DNA from: Glycera tridactyla
Lineage: Eukaryota
DNA length: 64,000 nucleotides
NCBI GenBank assembly: GCA_965644265.1
Contig: OZ286470.1
Location: 30,566,001-30,630,000 of the forward strand
Direction of reading: 5' to 3'
Of this stretch, positions 15,160 to 28,670 are shown one piece after another. A model generated the notes under the pieces. That model worked only from the letters and a program-made list of their open reading frames with translations, was not told where the DNA came from and made no database searches. Made by a program: the position numbers and the translations under genes. Each line of letters starts with the position of its first letter. Positions within the stretch are counted from its first letter, which is position 1.

Positions 15160-15318
15160 AAGAGGGGAAGAGGGAAAGTGAGAGAGAAATAGATGACGGG
15201 ATAGAGCGAGAAAGAGAGAGAAAGACAGAGAGAGAGTGAGAAGATGAGAGAGAGGGGAGAGACAGAGGCAGAGAGAGTGAGATAGGGAAGGAGAGGGAGA
15301 GAGAAAGAGAGAGGGTGG
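15160..15318. repeat. Purine-rich (AG)n-like degenerate microsatellite
   Basis: Visible GAGA/AGAGAA runs. Confidence 0.9.
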
Positions 15319-17245
15319 CACAAATATGAAAGCGAGAAATCATCCAACTCAAACCAGCTTACTGAACACCCTCATCCTGAAAGAGTCTAGGTCTTGACAG
15401 ATGAATGCGGTATGGAGACTTATCTCTGTACACCATACTGCCTTCCCTCTGGTCCTGTTACAACTGCCGGTCATCATCTGGAACTCAGGCTTCCTGCACA
15501 AAACTTCATCCTATACATCATCCATCTTTTCATCAATCTGAGACAGACTATCAGAAAATCACGAGGTCATCTGACAATTTATCCGTTTTTTCCAATGAGG
15601 TCCGTGATGTCCTCTCTCACAGAATTTATTCTGATCTCATCACGCACCCTGACCTACCAACTGGGAAATGTGCTTACTAATATAACATAACATCGAACCA
15701 AGGGAAACCTGAGAGGCCGGGGACCTAGGGCATGGAATCAGTGCGGATGACTATTTATTCCGACATGATTATTTCTGTAGCAGCACAAAAACTAAGGCTC
15801 ACATAGTACATGTCAAACTTTCTTTGTGTGTATGGTGTTTTATTGTGAATGATCTGTACTCAGTTTTACACCTGGTCCGCAATCAGAGTTTGTGTAATCA
15901 ATATGTAAAAGAACAGCTTATAACAGTCTTTCAGACTATTACGAATATATTAACATTGAATTACAGAATTGCTGTTTATCATACCATATTGTATCATCTC
16001 ATTCAATCCCATCATCATCAATAACATCATCAGCATCATTCTAGTTGATATTTGTCAAGCACGTTTAATAATAGAATCGTCATCTAGGAAACGCTCCTGA
16101 TCAATAGTATCAGTATGTATATTTGTATCTCGTGCATATCTGTACTCTCGACAAAGCAAGATAAACAATAAACGAACAAACACACATCAATAGTCCTCCG
16201 CCTCCATATATTGGTAAGCAACCACTCATAAATGGCTTTTGCTGACTTAGTGAAACTTCTACTTCGGGCACAATGTGCAAACAGAACAATACACAATCAC
16301 CCTCTTTACTCGCTCCCAACTGCGACTTGAACCATTATACATCAAGAATATGAAAGACGCCATATAGATAAAGATAAATCTGTCATTATGGGAGGATTGG
16401 GAGACAGGAAAGATCATATCACATCATGATGCCAACATACATAGGCACACACATACATGTCTTGATTTCAGCTGCTGATCTTAGTCCTGTGTTTTGTCTC
16501 AGCTAGTCATCAAAGGCTTATCTTTGTCCACCAAGTGGGGCTAACCGTTCAGCCGATTCCCATGCGATGTAGTTGCTGATGGCTAAGAATGCCATGGATG
16601 AAGAGCATGAGATATTCAGCATAGGTGATTCAATGATAAAAACAGGGCCTTCAGCGTGCACCGTCCCCAAGAGGATGGTGAGACAAAATAAAAGGAGCCG
16701 ACATAAGGATGCAGGCAATGAAGATTGGAGTTGTTGAAATGGGAGGAAAGTAGATAAATTTTTAGGATACCCTTTTTTGTAGGATGCTCGACACAACGGA
16801 TTGTTGTCTATATTTTCCGAATTGGGACTTCCAGTTTCAAGTTTGATCTCTCACCCAGTGAATAAAATGCCCGTGTGAAATCGCTACTTCACTTTCCAAG
16901 TTTACACATGTCATTAATCAATGCTTACACCCCAAAAGTCGTTTAGATAAGAAACTATTCAAATTGGCTGCATGAACTGATCACGTTCTTCTCCTTTATG
17001 CGGGGTATCGAGGAAAATACCTCACATTATCTCTAGTAATGATTGACAATGATTCAGTATGTGATGGATAGAATCAATGCCCACCGGCATTTCCTTTTTT
17101 TCATCATGTCTAATCAACTCTAAGGATTCACTCATTGTCTCCCCCTATAATCTAACCGTTTACTACTCGTTATATACATAGTGTATCAAAGTCAAACCAT
17201 ACCTTACTCACTCTTGTGTATTGCTAACCAAGTTAGCCGTATTGT

Positions 17246-18276
17246 ATGAATTCATCATCACATTCCATTTCATCATCATCATTCACACATGGTATTGAAC
17301 CTGGTTGGAATATATTAAATCCTCAGCTGAGGCAAACAAACGATAGGAGTACTGGAAGTGTCATCACAGCTGAAAACGTAGACTCTAAAACATCATCATC
17401 CGACCTAAAACGCCTAAATGGAGTCAGCATTGGGTATTTAAATATCCACAGTGTCATAAGGAAAACCTCTGAGATTGAAATTCTTTTAAGGAACAGTGAC
17501 TTGGACATTTTATGTCTGGGTGAAACTTTCTTGAATAGCCACATAGGATCTAATGAATTGCATATATTGGGGTATAAAATAATCAGATTCAATAGAGACG
17601 GCGGATGCCCCATACTAAACCTACATATATCACAGCCATCCATCGCCCGCCCAGGGGAAATGTAAAAAATGCTTTTGACATTTTAGATAATAAAATATTA
17701 GATATTCATCAACTTGGCGAGAGCGACATTATGATTTCAGGAGACGATAATGTAGATACTCTAAAGAAAGACTCCAATTCCAACCATATGAGAGATTTCT
17801 GTAATATGAATCAGCTGACCCAGCTGGTGAAATTGCCTATTCGAGTGACTGACACTTCCCGTACTTGTATCGACCATATTTTTGTGAATAATCCTACCCT
17901 GTATCGTTTTTCTGGTTGTACTGATTTGGGATTGTCTGACCATGCTATCATCTTCACAACAAGGAAAGAGGCCCGCCCATCCAAGAAAAAGAAATCTATT
18001 TTCTTGCGTAACTTCAAGAACGCGAACTATGATGAGATCTCAGAACGTTTTTTGCTATTGCATTCATCTATTGATCTAGATGTAGAGAACCTGGACACTT
18101 CCATAGATAAGGTCTTGTCAGACACGTCGTGCATTATTGATGAATGTATACCTTTTAGACGCTACACAGTGAGAGATGGATGCCCCGACTTGGTCAATGG
18201 TGAGTTTCTCGACCTCGTAAAAGAACGTGAAATAGCGAGCAATTCGCAAGAAAAAAAGGCTCCTCCGCGAATGTAA
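17246..18276 (+). pseudogene. AP-endonuclease domain of LINE ORF2 (frameshifted, internal deletion near 17605)
   Basis: ORFs 17246-17665 and 17605-18276 carry successive APE motifs in different frames. The usual GGGV-following segment is missing at the junction. Confidence 0.9.
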
Positions 18277-18409
18277 CAATATGAAAACCAATCTCCAGAA
18301 AATTTTTCTGGACAATAATATAAATGCAAATAAAGATGACGATAAAAGACTTTGGAAATCAATTCGACATTTTTAGAAAAATGGAAAAAGCAGCTCTCAA
18401 ATAACTGAA

Positions 18410-20147
18410 ATGCTAGATTGCACTGATCCGGAACAAATTCCAGACATCTCAAATGATTTCTTTGCGAACATAGGAAATAATATCTCCGCCAAAATTCCAA
18501 ACTGCACCATTGACCCCGTGGGTGCCCATATCTCACTGCATGAACCCGCCTTTGAGTATTCAACAGTCACAGTTGAAGAGGTAAAGGAGGTGATACGATC
18601 TCTGATCCCAACAAAGAATGGTCGGGAAGATGGTATACCCACTAAGATTATTATTCACTGTATTGAATCGGTGGCACCGATCTTGCTGGAAATATTTAAG
18701 AAAAACATTGCGTGTAGTCACTTTCCAAATGTCTGGAAAGTGGCCACGATAGTCCCATTATATAAAGAGAAAGAGCATCACTTGCCGTGTAACTATCGCC
18801 CAATTAGTTTGCTTCCACCATCGAGCAAAATCTTGGAACGTTTGGTGCATGGACAATTGTATGATTATGTGGAGCGCATGAGTCTACTGTGTCAGGAGCA
18901 GTCAGGGTTCAGGGGGAGACGTTCCACTGGCACCTGCCTGCTCAAATACCTTGATAATGTTTATCAGGGAGTCGAGCGGGTTGGTGTCACAGGAACGATC
19001 TTCCTGGACCTAAAAAAGGTTTTTGACAAGGTGGACCATGCGCTCCTCATCAAGAAATTATGTATGCTGGGATTAAATCCAAGTGCTTGCAATTGGATAA
19101 AATCCTATTTGACCGAGCGTCGCTGCGAGACAAAAGTTTGGATCACATGTTTCAACACAATTACCTATAACGTGTGGCATTCCTCAGGGCTCTATCTTAG
19201 GCCCCCTGTTGTTTAGTTTATATATAAATGATCTGCTTGAATACCTGAGGAGCGCCACACCTATTTTTGATTCTGCATTTGTACCACCTGGGCATGTCTT
19301 TGACTGCAATACGATGTTGTATGCTGATGATACTGCTCTTAGCGTCACGTGCACCGACCATTTACTCATGTCTGCGACATTAAACCAGCTCCTGTCTGAT
19401 GTTAGTTCATGGATGGATACAAATCATTTGTCCCTAAACTCAAGTAAGACAAAGTTCATGCTGCAAGGAATGCCGACAAAACTAGGAGCATTCGGAGATG
19501 TGACAGTGGGAACAAATGAAGGGGCACTTGAAAATGTAACCAAAATGAAATACCTGGGTGTTGTATCGGATCCCAAATTGACATTTAAACACCATGTTGA
19601 ATATATTCAATCAAAAACCCTGGGGAAAATAAATATTTTGGGGAGATTGAGACCTATTATTACAAAATCTACATCCTTGATGCTATACAAGACTTTAATT
19701 TTACCGCTATTAGACTATGCAGATATCGTGTACAATTGCCCGTCCCAGAGAAATATCTTCACATTACAAAAATTGCAAAACATCTGCATGCACACTATTT
19801 GTCACAAGCCGCGCCGGTTCAGCACCGATGAATTACACAGAGATCTGGACTTAGACTCCTTACAAAATAGACGCTCAAGACATGAATCGATCCATTTAAA
19901 TAAGACCTTAAATGGCTCATTCACTAGCAAACCACTTTGTGAATTAAATATACAACCTCATTGTCATGCTACTGGTACTAGAGATAAGCCATTCCTGAAG
20001 ACTGATATCCTCTGATATGAATTAAGTGAGAAAAATTTCAGATTTAGAGCGTCAACAATTTGGAATCAAACCTTACAAAGATGCCCTGATCTCTGTGTAA
20101 TGCCATCGTCTGAGTTCAAAAAATATGTAATGAATATTGACATGTGA
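18410..20147 (+). pseudogene. Reverse transcriptase and C-terminal domain of LINE ORF2 (frameshifted)
   Basis: ORFs 18410-19216 and 19209-20015 plus read-through to 20147. The GIPQGSILGP motif is split by a frameshift around 19150-19205. Confidence 0.92.
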
Positions 20148-23100
20148 ATGATGAATCATCCATCCTCTCATTTTCACTCATCCATCATCTCACTCCCTTT
20201 TGCTGTAAATGCCGCCTCATCAAATCATCAATACGTATTTTATTTTGGTATTATTTCATCGTCATTCTGAAGAAGCGCACCTTGTTGTTTTGTGCCTAAT
20301 TGTTGTGACGATTATATATGAAAGTTTTAGATCAAAATCAAGGATAGTCTGTATGAGAGTCAATCAACAATGGCGAGGTAGAGCATTGTGGAATCTTTCA
20401 CTTTCACAACGTGGAAACAGGTGGATAAGAGATGCATACGCAGCACTGTTTTCCGTCGGGAGAAATATGCTCCATTTTTATTAGTGTCCACAAATCTACT
20501 TGTGTGCACCTGCAAACAATAATTCAACAACATCTGCATAAAAGGGGAAGATACTTTTTGTTGATAGTCTGTCTGCCTCAGCCTCCACTTTAGTGTGATA
20601 TATCATGATCATTCCACATTCTCATTATACATGATATATTTCTGAATACACTGCCATCATATTCTGCATGAATGTTTCACATGGTGATAGCTTAAGATCC
20701 GTCTTCAGGCTGAGTCACTTTGCATGAAGATATTATCAGGCGCACTTGGTATCTCTCTGGATTGTCCAGACTTGGTTCACCTGAATGTGTGATAGCTTTG
20801 TATTTCAGTAATTCATCGCTTCATCATTCAAGACACCGAATTGACATATCATTTGTCACAAAATATGCATCCAGTAACATGTCTAGCGGATCTTACAGGC
20901 AAGCGAGACAGTCACTTCATTCTTGGGCGGTGTTCTATCCCTTATATTCTCGCCAAATGTCAGCAATCACCAAGTACTGCAATAGAATGTTCAGGAACTG
21001 TCGACAAATAGGCCGATTTGTCAATAAACATCACTGATTGCCTGTGAATGTTGGGCAATTGTGATAGAGCCCCGGAAATTTGCGTGAAAAGTAGCCACGT
21101 GCCAGATATACTAGCTGAGCCACCTGCAGGCTGCCAGGAGGCACAATAGGCTGACCAAATGAGTTCACATACACCACAGAGACAATTGCCTAGATCACTG
21201 CTGTTTTCAAGGTTGAACAGCCGAATTGTTTCGATGGAACATGGCCGCTTATCAACAATTCATTTTGTCGCTTTATTTTTATTTTTCGTTCATTAAGAAT
21301 TAGACTCACACGGGAGTACAAGTACTATATCACCCTGTGAAAGGAATGTGTTCAATATTATATAGTATCATTTATCGACTAGCGCTTCATGACTCACTGG
21401 ATTGATATACCCCAGGCAACTTACAGATACTATCCAGATATGAGAAAATCAAGAATCAGTAGCCGATGATGAGAGGGAGATGCATCAATATCAACTATTT
21501 CAGGATACCATTTTCTGTCCTGCTCAATGAATTCAGTTCAACGAATACGGATGATCACTCAGTGCTCCAAATGGGATGAATGATGCAATGTACAATAGAT
21601 TTCGTGCTGATGAAATTCTGGTGAAGAGTGGATCAGGATTGCATCTGTACTCACTGCAAAGCCTGCTATGTGGTTTGAAGGCGTATGTTGTGAGTGAGTT
21701 ATTCGTCGGATTTTACTGACAGGTGGTGATAGATTGGCTCAGTTCGAAGAAACAATCCCTACTTTTATACTGCAAAGTGCCTTCTTACAATGTAATGCGA
21801 TCAGGAGATTCCTCTCCTCAACAACCATCTGTCTTAGAAAAAAATACCCTGTGCGTTACTGAGCGTTATAGTCAAATACAGGCTTGACAGTATATCGTAT
21901 TGATCGGAGTGATACAGAGCCAATATCATGTATCATCACCAAAGGATCCAAAATGTCGCTCCATGTTCCTCCTCTTCTGCATATATCTGGCTATTTCACC
22001 AATATGCATTGCTTTAGTTCAGTGCCACTCTCTAAGCTTGTAAGGCTTCGATGTTTCCAGTACTGTAGTTAGGTATTTAGAGGTAGGGGGTTCAAGTTCG
22101 AAAAAGGGAGAACTCTCTACCGGTTTTAACATTTCAAACTTTTCCTCTTTGAACTTATATTCATGTATAGGCTGAGGAGAGATATTTTTCGTGGTTGGTA
22201 TGTGGTCACTTGTTATGGTGCCATCGCCAATCTAGCGCCATCGTATCCAGATAGCAGATAGTCACTCGCCTCATAGTCCACGTGGTTGGTGTGAGTTATT
22301 TTGGCTCAGATCCCTGCCAGATGGCCTGCATCAAAGTTTAGCTGTATCCATGAATATAGGGTAGCCAGCTTCACACCTCACTCAGGGTCAGACATCCTAC
22401 AAACAACTGCGTCTGCATTTGGCGATGTAATGATCAAGGATGCAGCTCATGTGTTGCCATCCTTGGGGTTCATTGCAGACTTAAAATGGATCCAGCCTCC
22501 ATGAAAAAAGCTGGAGAATTTGCCATGTGTTCCTGTCACAAAAAAATAGAATCCGATGAGAAAGTCGGGCAATGTGAGACTGTACATGAGTGCGTATAAG
22601 GTTGTATTTGTCATTGTATTTGTCATTGATGTTGTGTTTCATTGACCAATGTCCATATCACCCAATGTCCATATCAAAAGTGGTCGGATCGTGCTCAAAG
22701 GTAAATCATGCCACAATTCTGGGATTGATTGACAAATGACATTAAAGATGAGATATCGACATAAGGAGAGATCATCGAAATGATTCACTGCCCATCATGC
22801 TTGTGATGAAGTATATTTGATGACTGCCCCATACATGGTATGTATAAGTTGAAGTGGAATTGAAAAGTGAAAAATTGTACTGGTCATTTAGGATTTTCAA
22901 ATTTTGATGATCAGATGATCACATCCGCTGTCATCACCACCAAATCTACAGCATGGTGAAAGGTGTACCTATGGCTAGCTTGAAATTCCACATCATGCCT
23001 GCTAACCAAATTCATGTGCCATCAAGAACTTATTCACGGATAAAAAGGTATTCCATATGAGTGATGACGTTGTTTCGTCGACCTTATCACCACATTGTGA

Positions 23101-24764
23101 GTAATCTGAGAAGGTTGATGCATCAGACAGCTCATGACGTTATAATTTCTTCAAGATAATATAACAAGCTGATATGTCAAGTTACAATGTTCACAGCGCA
23201 TCCATTGATATATCAAGCTTGACAGGAGATCTTCGCAGAATGGACATGTGATTTATAAGCTGTGCAGGTGATCAAAGTTGGCACTGGGTTGGATATAGTG
23301 ATTTATGGATACGTATGGATATAAATCCACATAGGGCATACATTATTTTTCTCACAGCTTAACTGTTTCATTCAGACATCTTTCATCCCCTCATGAGCAT
23401 GTACTTGTGAGCTGAAAATTCAACTGCCAGGGCAGAGGATTATTCGATCGCAGCAATTACCCTGTGTTTAGTCAGAGCTGAGTCGAGTTGACTTGAAAGT
23501 ATAAAAGTTCAAAATTATTACCGACAATTTCATGGGGCCCCTCTGGTGGCAGATATTGTGCGTTATTGGATGATGGGGCTCATACATACCCACTTCCGAT
23601 TTAGTTTTCCTCGAGGCTTTTATATTGAAGACGCTCCCATTGAACATTGTTCATTTGCAACTTACCACGCTATTGATGTTGTTTAAGAACGGCTATCGAT
23701 TCCTTGGATCAGATGGCCCATTTCGTCTTCAATTGATCAGGTTCACTTAGAGATAGAATGGGGGGGAGGAAGAAGTGCCCTGCTGGTGTGTACATTCCCA
23801 GGCTGCCGGTAAGCACATATCAGAGCGCAAGTGGTCCTGCACCAGGCTGCTCGAGCTTGCAGCGCCATCTCGTGTTAGCTCATGTCATGCCTTTGATGCC
23901 GTTGAACATGGTGTGAAGCGCCTAATGATTGAAAATCGTTGATCCTATGGCTCACTGTTGGTCAAAATTCGATGGTCATGTCGACACAAGAAAATAAACC
24001 TCGATTATCCATTGTTTTCGTCATTTTGCACTCGGAAGGTGATCACATCCATGTCAATGTCATGGGTGACTCAATATAGCTCAGATAGTACTTATGGGAT
24101 CCATGAAACAATATCCAACCTGTAGGTAATGTGTTAAGAAAAATTGTCGTCATCCTTGAGACTAGTTCTGCCCTTCTGTATCTGAATGCCATGACGAATT
24201 GAAATAAAGTTGTTTCAGTTCGAGTTTGAGTTTGACCATTTGTTCTATTGGGTTTCCTGGGCGTGAGAACAAGGATGCCCATGAATATTCTTGAGAATTT
24301 GCTGCCGGATCATCACAAACACCTGTATTTACATAAGAAAAATATATATCCAATGCCCATTTGTTCAATATCAATGATGAATAGGATATTTTCGAAACAT
24401 CAGATACTCAATGAACTGCTTAAGCACACGGCAATGTCTCCGTCAAAAGACCTCGCCACAGTGAGAATATCATCTCCTTTTAGGATAGATGTTCAGAATT
24501 GTATTGAACTTCGGGATAATATTGTCTTCTGCGATAGCAGTCAGTGTCTCAAAATCACTTTGATCTACCAGGGGACCTTGGTGTCTTGAATGATTTCATC
24601 CAGGCTCATTGCATCAGTGTCCCAATTGAGTCATTCTAGCGGTCACAAGATGCGAAATAATCGAGATGTCAAATGACCAGACAACCAACCAAACATCATT
24701 GTTTCATGATATGATGCCTGTCGGACAACCAGCCAGCAAATGAACCATCATTCATTTGATTATC

Positions 24765-24985
24765 CTTTTTTCTGTTTATTCATGCATTAAATGAATCATT
24801 GATTGATTTATCCATCCATTTAATCATTTATTCATTCATCCATCCATTCATTCACTCACTCACTTGTCCATTTGTTGGTTCGTTTCATTTTTCACTAGTT
24901 TATGCGTTTGTTCGTCAATCCATCTACCTGCCCGACCTCTGCCTGTCCACATGTCCATTGATTCATTGATTCATCCATGAATTTA
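24765..24985. repeat. Degenerate (CATT/CATC)n low-complexity tract
   Basis: Repeated attcattc/catccatt units. Confidence 0.7.
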
Positions 24986-27104
24986 TATCTTCAGTCCTGT
25001 ACCATACTATTCATACATTCACCAAATTGCAATTCTTCAATAACCTAACTGCCTGGATAGCTAACCATATAATGCTCAACCGATTGGTTGAGGCAACTCC
25101 TCCTATGATACGAGGTTTGAATACTAATAGACACATCTCCTTTCATAGAAATAATTCTGATGCAGTTGACCAGAGTCTGGTATCCTTTTGGTCTCCCAGC
25201 CTAGGGGAGGCTCTACTCACCGTTCTGAACAATGCTGTTCAGTCAAAAGCCGGAGTGTCTGCGCTTAATTTGCCTCCGTCATATTTAAAGTCATTATCAT
25301 TATTCTTGGACAACTGCGGTTATAAAGACCCTAGAATGCCAGCCTGTCACTCTTGGCTCCTAGCAAATCACTCTGTAGTCCATGACAACCACCATGCTTA
25401 CATCCACTATCATCATCAAGAGGGGCAATACAATCTGTACTTCTACCATGGAACTCCTATCACAATGAAATCGTCTCTGTCTCCAGGGTGCTGTAAGTAG
25501 GACCAGATGACATACCCTGGAGCAGTTTTGCTGGTAGTACCTCATGTTGCATCGAGTAATTGGATAAAAGATTCAGGATAAAGATGCACACATCCGGTGG
25601 CATTCATGGAAGATACCCCAATTAAGTGACTGACACGAGGGGCATTCTGTATTCATCATCCGATATATCTACCTCAAGTGAAACTACTTGTGTAGACATG
25701 TGTCAGCAAGCTCTGACAGCGCAAAGAAGGGTTTGTTCATTGCTTTGACGTGACAATGGAAGGTGCACCACTACCTTTGACCTTTGACCTTGATTGTTAT
25801 AGTACGAATCAGTGATGGCACCAAGCATCACATGATCAGGGGGTTCCACCAATTAAAAGAGATACACTGATGCATTTTGCTCTTGAATTAATGCCCGCCA
25901 GAGAGACGGGCAGGTAGACGGTGGATACCTTCATGTCAGACTGATGATAGGTTGTTCGTACCATGACTTCGTTCAGAAAATATTGTGTCATTCGAATCCA
26001 TTGAGACGATGCATTGTGCGAGTCATATTCTTATATGGAATTTTGATGTTTATGTTGGATGAATGATTGCTGTCTATAATCAAGGAATGATTGTAGGCTG
26101 CAAAATGTGATTGTGAGCATGCGTGGTGTTGTTATTGATTCTTGATACTCGATAACTGTCAGTGCTCATCATTTATAGATGGATATCCATGGTTGAGAAA
26201 TGATGTGAGACCTGCAATTTCTTATATCACCTCAAAATGATGTTCAAGGAAAAACTATTGATGTTGATGAATATGTCACTATATGCTGATTAATTGTTGT
26301 TGTCCATTTTTATTTATGTCGATGAATTATGGAGAGTCGTGAATCACTCACAGTCAAGAAGTAGTGAAGAACATGCAATTCTCAATCATCCCGAAATACC
26401 GCAATATCAGCAGAATGATTTAACAGCAACTCTGCATTGCTTTGATTGAGAGAGATAGAGTCCAATATTATTTCCAGCATTCTACACTTTTCCAGTGGGA
26501 TGAGAACTGTGCAGAGGGATGATGTTCAGTCACAATACCCGCAGCTTAGTGTATCAATGAAGCATTTTTATCAATCGTGGACAGTCTTTATGAGATATTT
26601 TGTGGCCTGAGGTAAACAGTATCACATTAACCTCATTGGTGCCTTCCCAAGAGGACTTCCCTCGCCTGTTCATTGTGTTGCCTAATCTACACGAGACGAA
26701 AGTGTATCAAAGCAAGCCAGCGACATTCGACGTTTCTCATCTCCTTGCTTCACATTTGAATTGACTCTATTTGTACTTCCCACGTGAGGGCACATTTGAA
26801 TACATCGAATAAGCCAACTCTGTATCTTGACGACGTCACTTTAACCTTCTAGTCTTAAACTCTGCGTGAATTTCACTAATTTCATAATATCAATTTCTTA
26901 CCTAACTTCATACAGTCAAATTATGTCTTCTGATATCATTTGCGATTTAAACCATGAGATGACACTCAAACATACAAGTATAACCCCTAATGCATTGATG
27001 AATCTCCCTTGACCATGGTATGTGATGTCGATGGAGACTTTATTCGGAATTGACTCGAGCCTAGTCATTTGGTATATGCTCAACCAGTGCAATTCATAAA
27101 TCAT

Positions 27105-27336
27105 AGATAGAACGAAAGGGGGATAGATAGGTGGGTGAACAGATGAATGGACCGATGGATGGACAAAGTGATAGACGAATATGTTGGATTGGAGAACGTG
27201 TGGATACAGGCGCTGATGGACGGTGGATAGGCGAACGAACAGACAGACAGACAGACAGACAGACACAGAGACATACATACACACAGACAGACACACATAC
27301 TGACAGACAGACAGTCAGATACCCAGACAGACACCC

Positions 27337-27370
<34 letters not shown>

Positions 27371-27382
27371 TCACGGACGAAC
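27105..27382. repeat. Compound microsatellite (GATG-like, GACA, CA)n running into a gap
   Basis: Visible GACAGACA and ACACAC runs. Confidence 0.9.
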
Positions 27383-27602
27383 NNNNNNNNNNNNNNNNNN
27401 NNNNNNNNNNNNNNNNNNNNNNNNNNNNNNNNNNNNNNNNNNNNNNNNNNNNNNNNNNNNNNNNNNNNNNNNNNNNNNNNNNNNNNNNNNNNNNNNNNNN
27501 NNNNNNNNNNNNNNNNNNATGGATTGAAGGATGGATAGCTGGATGGATTGATAGACAATGAACCATACATTAGGATGTGGTGTCATATCAACGGTAATCT
27601 TT

Positions 27603-28106
27603 CCTCCACGAAGAGCTAGATGTATTTTCATAATTGTCAATAATCAGGCCTACCTATTCCACGGCTTACTTCACAAAGAGCTAGATGCGTCATCGAGATC
27701 GAATATATCAGGCCTAGCTTTACAACAGCTCACTTCATGAAGACGTGCATGTATCATCGAAGTCGAATACATCAGGCTTTGCTATACCACAGCTTTCTTC
27801 ATGAAGAGCTAGATGTATCATCAAAATCGGGTGTACCAGGCTTTGCTATACCACAGCTCACTTCACGATGAGCTGGATGTATCATCAAAATCGAATATAT
27901 CAGGCCTCGCTTTACCACAGTTTACTTCATGAAGAGCTAGATGTATCATCAAAATCAGATATATCACAGCTTACTTCGGAAGGATCCAGACGTATCATCA
28001 AAATCAAATATTTCAGGCCTTGCTTCACAATAGCTTACTTGATGAAGAGCTAGATGTATCAACATTATCGAGTGTACCAGGACTCGCTTCAGAACAGCTC
28101 ACTTGT
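27603..28106. repeat. Tandem array, ~64-bp unit, about 8 copies
   Basis: GAAGAGCTAGATGTATCATC-like motif recurs at about 27610, 27675, 27739, 27803, 27867, 27931, (27979, short unit) and 28043. Confidence 0.9.
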
Positions 28107-28384
28107 CTAAGTGTACCATATTCAATCAGGTTTGAACCTCACTTCGATGTGAGTGATATCAAGTTTTCTTGAGTTGCTATATACCGTGTGCCCGATTGCC
28201 TATTGGCATGGCATACTCTCATTTTGCTTTGATAGCCAGTGACCGTGATCACCCTCTGATCCTTGTGGTAGTCATTAATTTTCCAATCATGTAAGCCGTA
28301 AGCCCAGCCTGACATTCATATGATGGGTATGCGTTGTACAGTTACGTCTGAATTAGTTTGTGTGGCAGTCGTAAAACCAGGTCA

Positions 28385-28670
28385 GTGAACAATATACCAT
28401 AGTGGCCCAGACTAGCCTTGGCTTTTCACTGTCCTGATTCCCTAAGCCGAGGAAGTGTGACAATATACCATAGTGGCCCAGACTAGCCATGGCTTATTAC
28501 TGTCCTGATTCCCTTAGCTGAGAAAGTATGACAATATAACACAGTGGCCCGGACTAGCCATGGCTTATTACTGTCCTGATTCCCTTAACTCAGGAAGTGT
28601 GACAATGTATCATAGTGGCCCAGACAAGCCATGGCTTATCACTCTCCTGATTCCCTTAGCTGAAGAAGTA
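28385..28670. repeat. Tandem array, 71-bp unit, about 4 copies
   Basis: CAAT anchor at 28390, 28461, 28532 and 28603; unit contains AGTGGCCCAGACTAGCCATGGCTTATTACTGTCCTGATTCCC. Confidence 0.92.

Larger units (their letters stand above)
17246..20147 (+). mobile_element. Decayed CR1-group (L2/Crack/Daphne-like) non-LTR retrotransposon, ORF2 (APE endonuclease + RT)
   Basis: APE motifs: GYLNIHS, LCLGETFL, HRPP, CIDHIF, LSDH. RT motifs: NYRPISLLP, QSGFR, FLDLKKVFDKVDH, YINDL, YADD, KYLGV. The C-terminal tail FRFRASTIWN...FKK ends at TGA 20145-20147. Frameshifts near 17605, 18270 and 19200, and in-frame stops including 20013-20015. Confidence 0.95.

Noticed and set aside
16518-16796. Minus-strand ORF with a signal-peptide-like stretch followed by EGPVFIIE (Ig/Dscam-like start)
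   Set aside because: Similarity ends after a few residues, and no further Ig motifs or partner exons were found.
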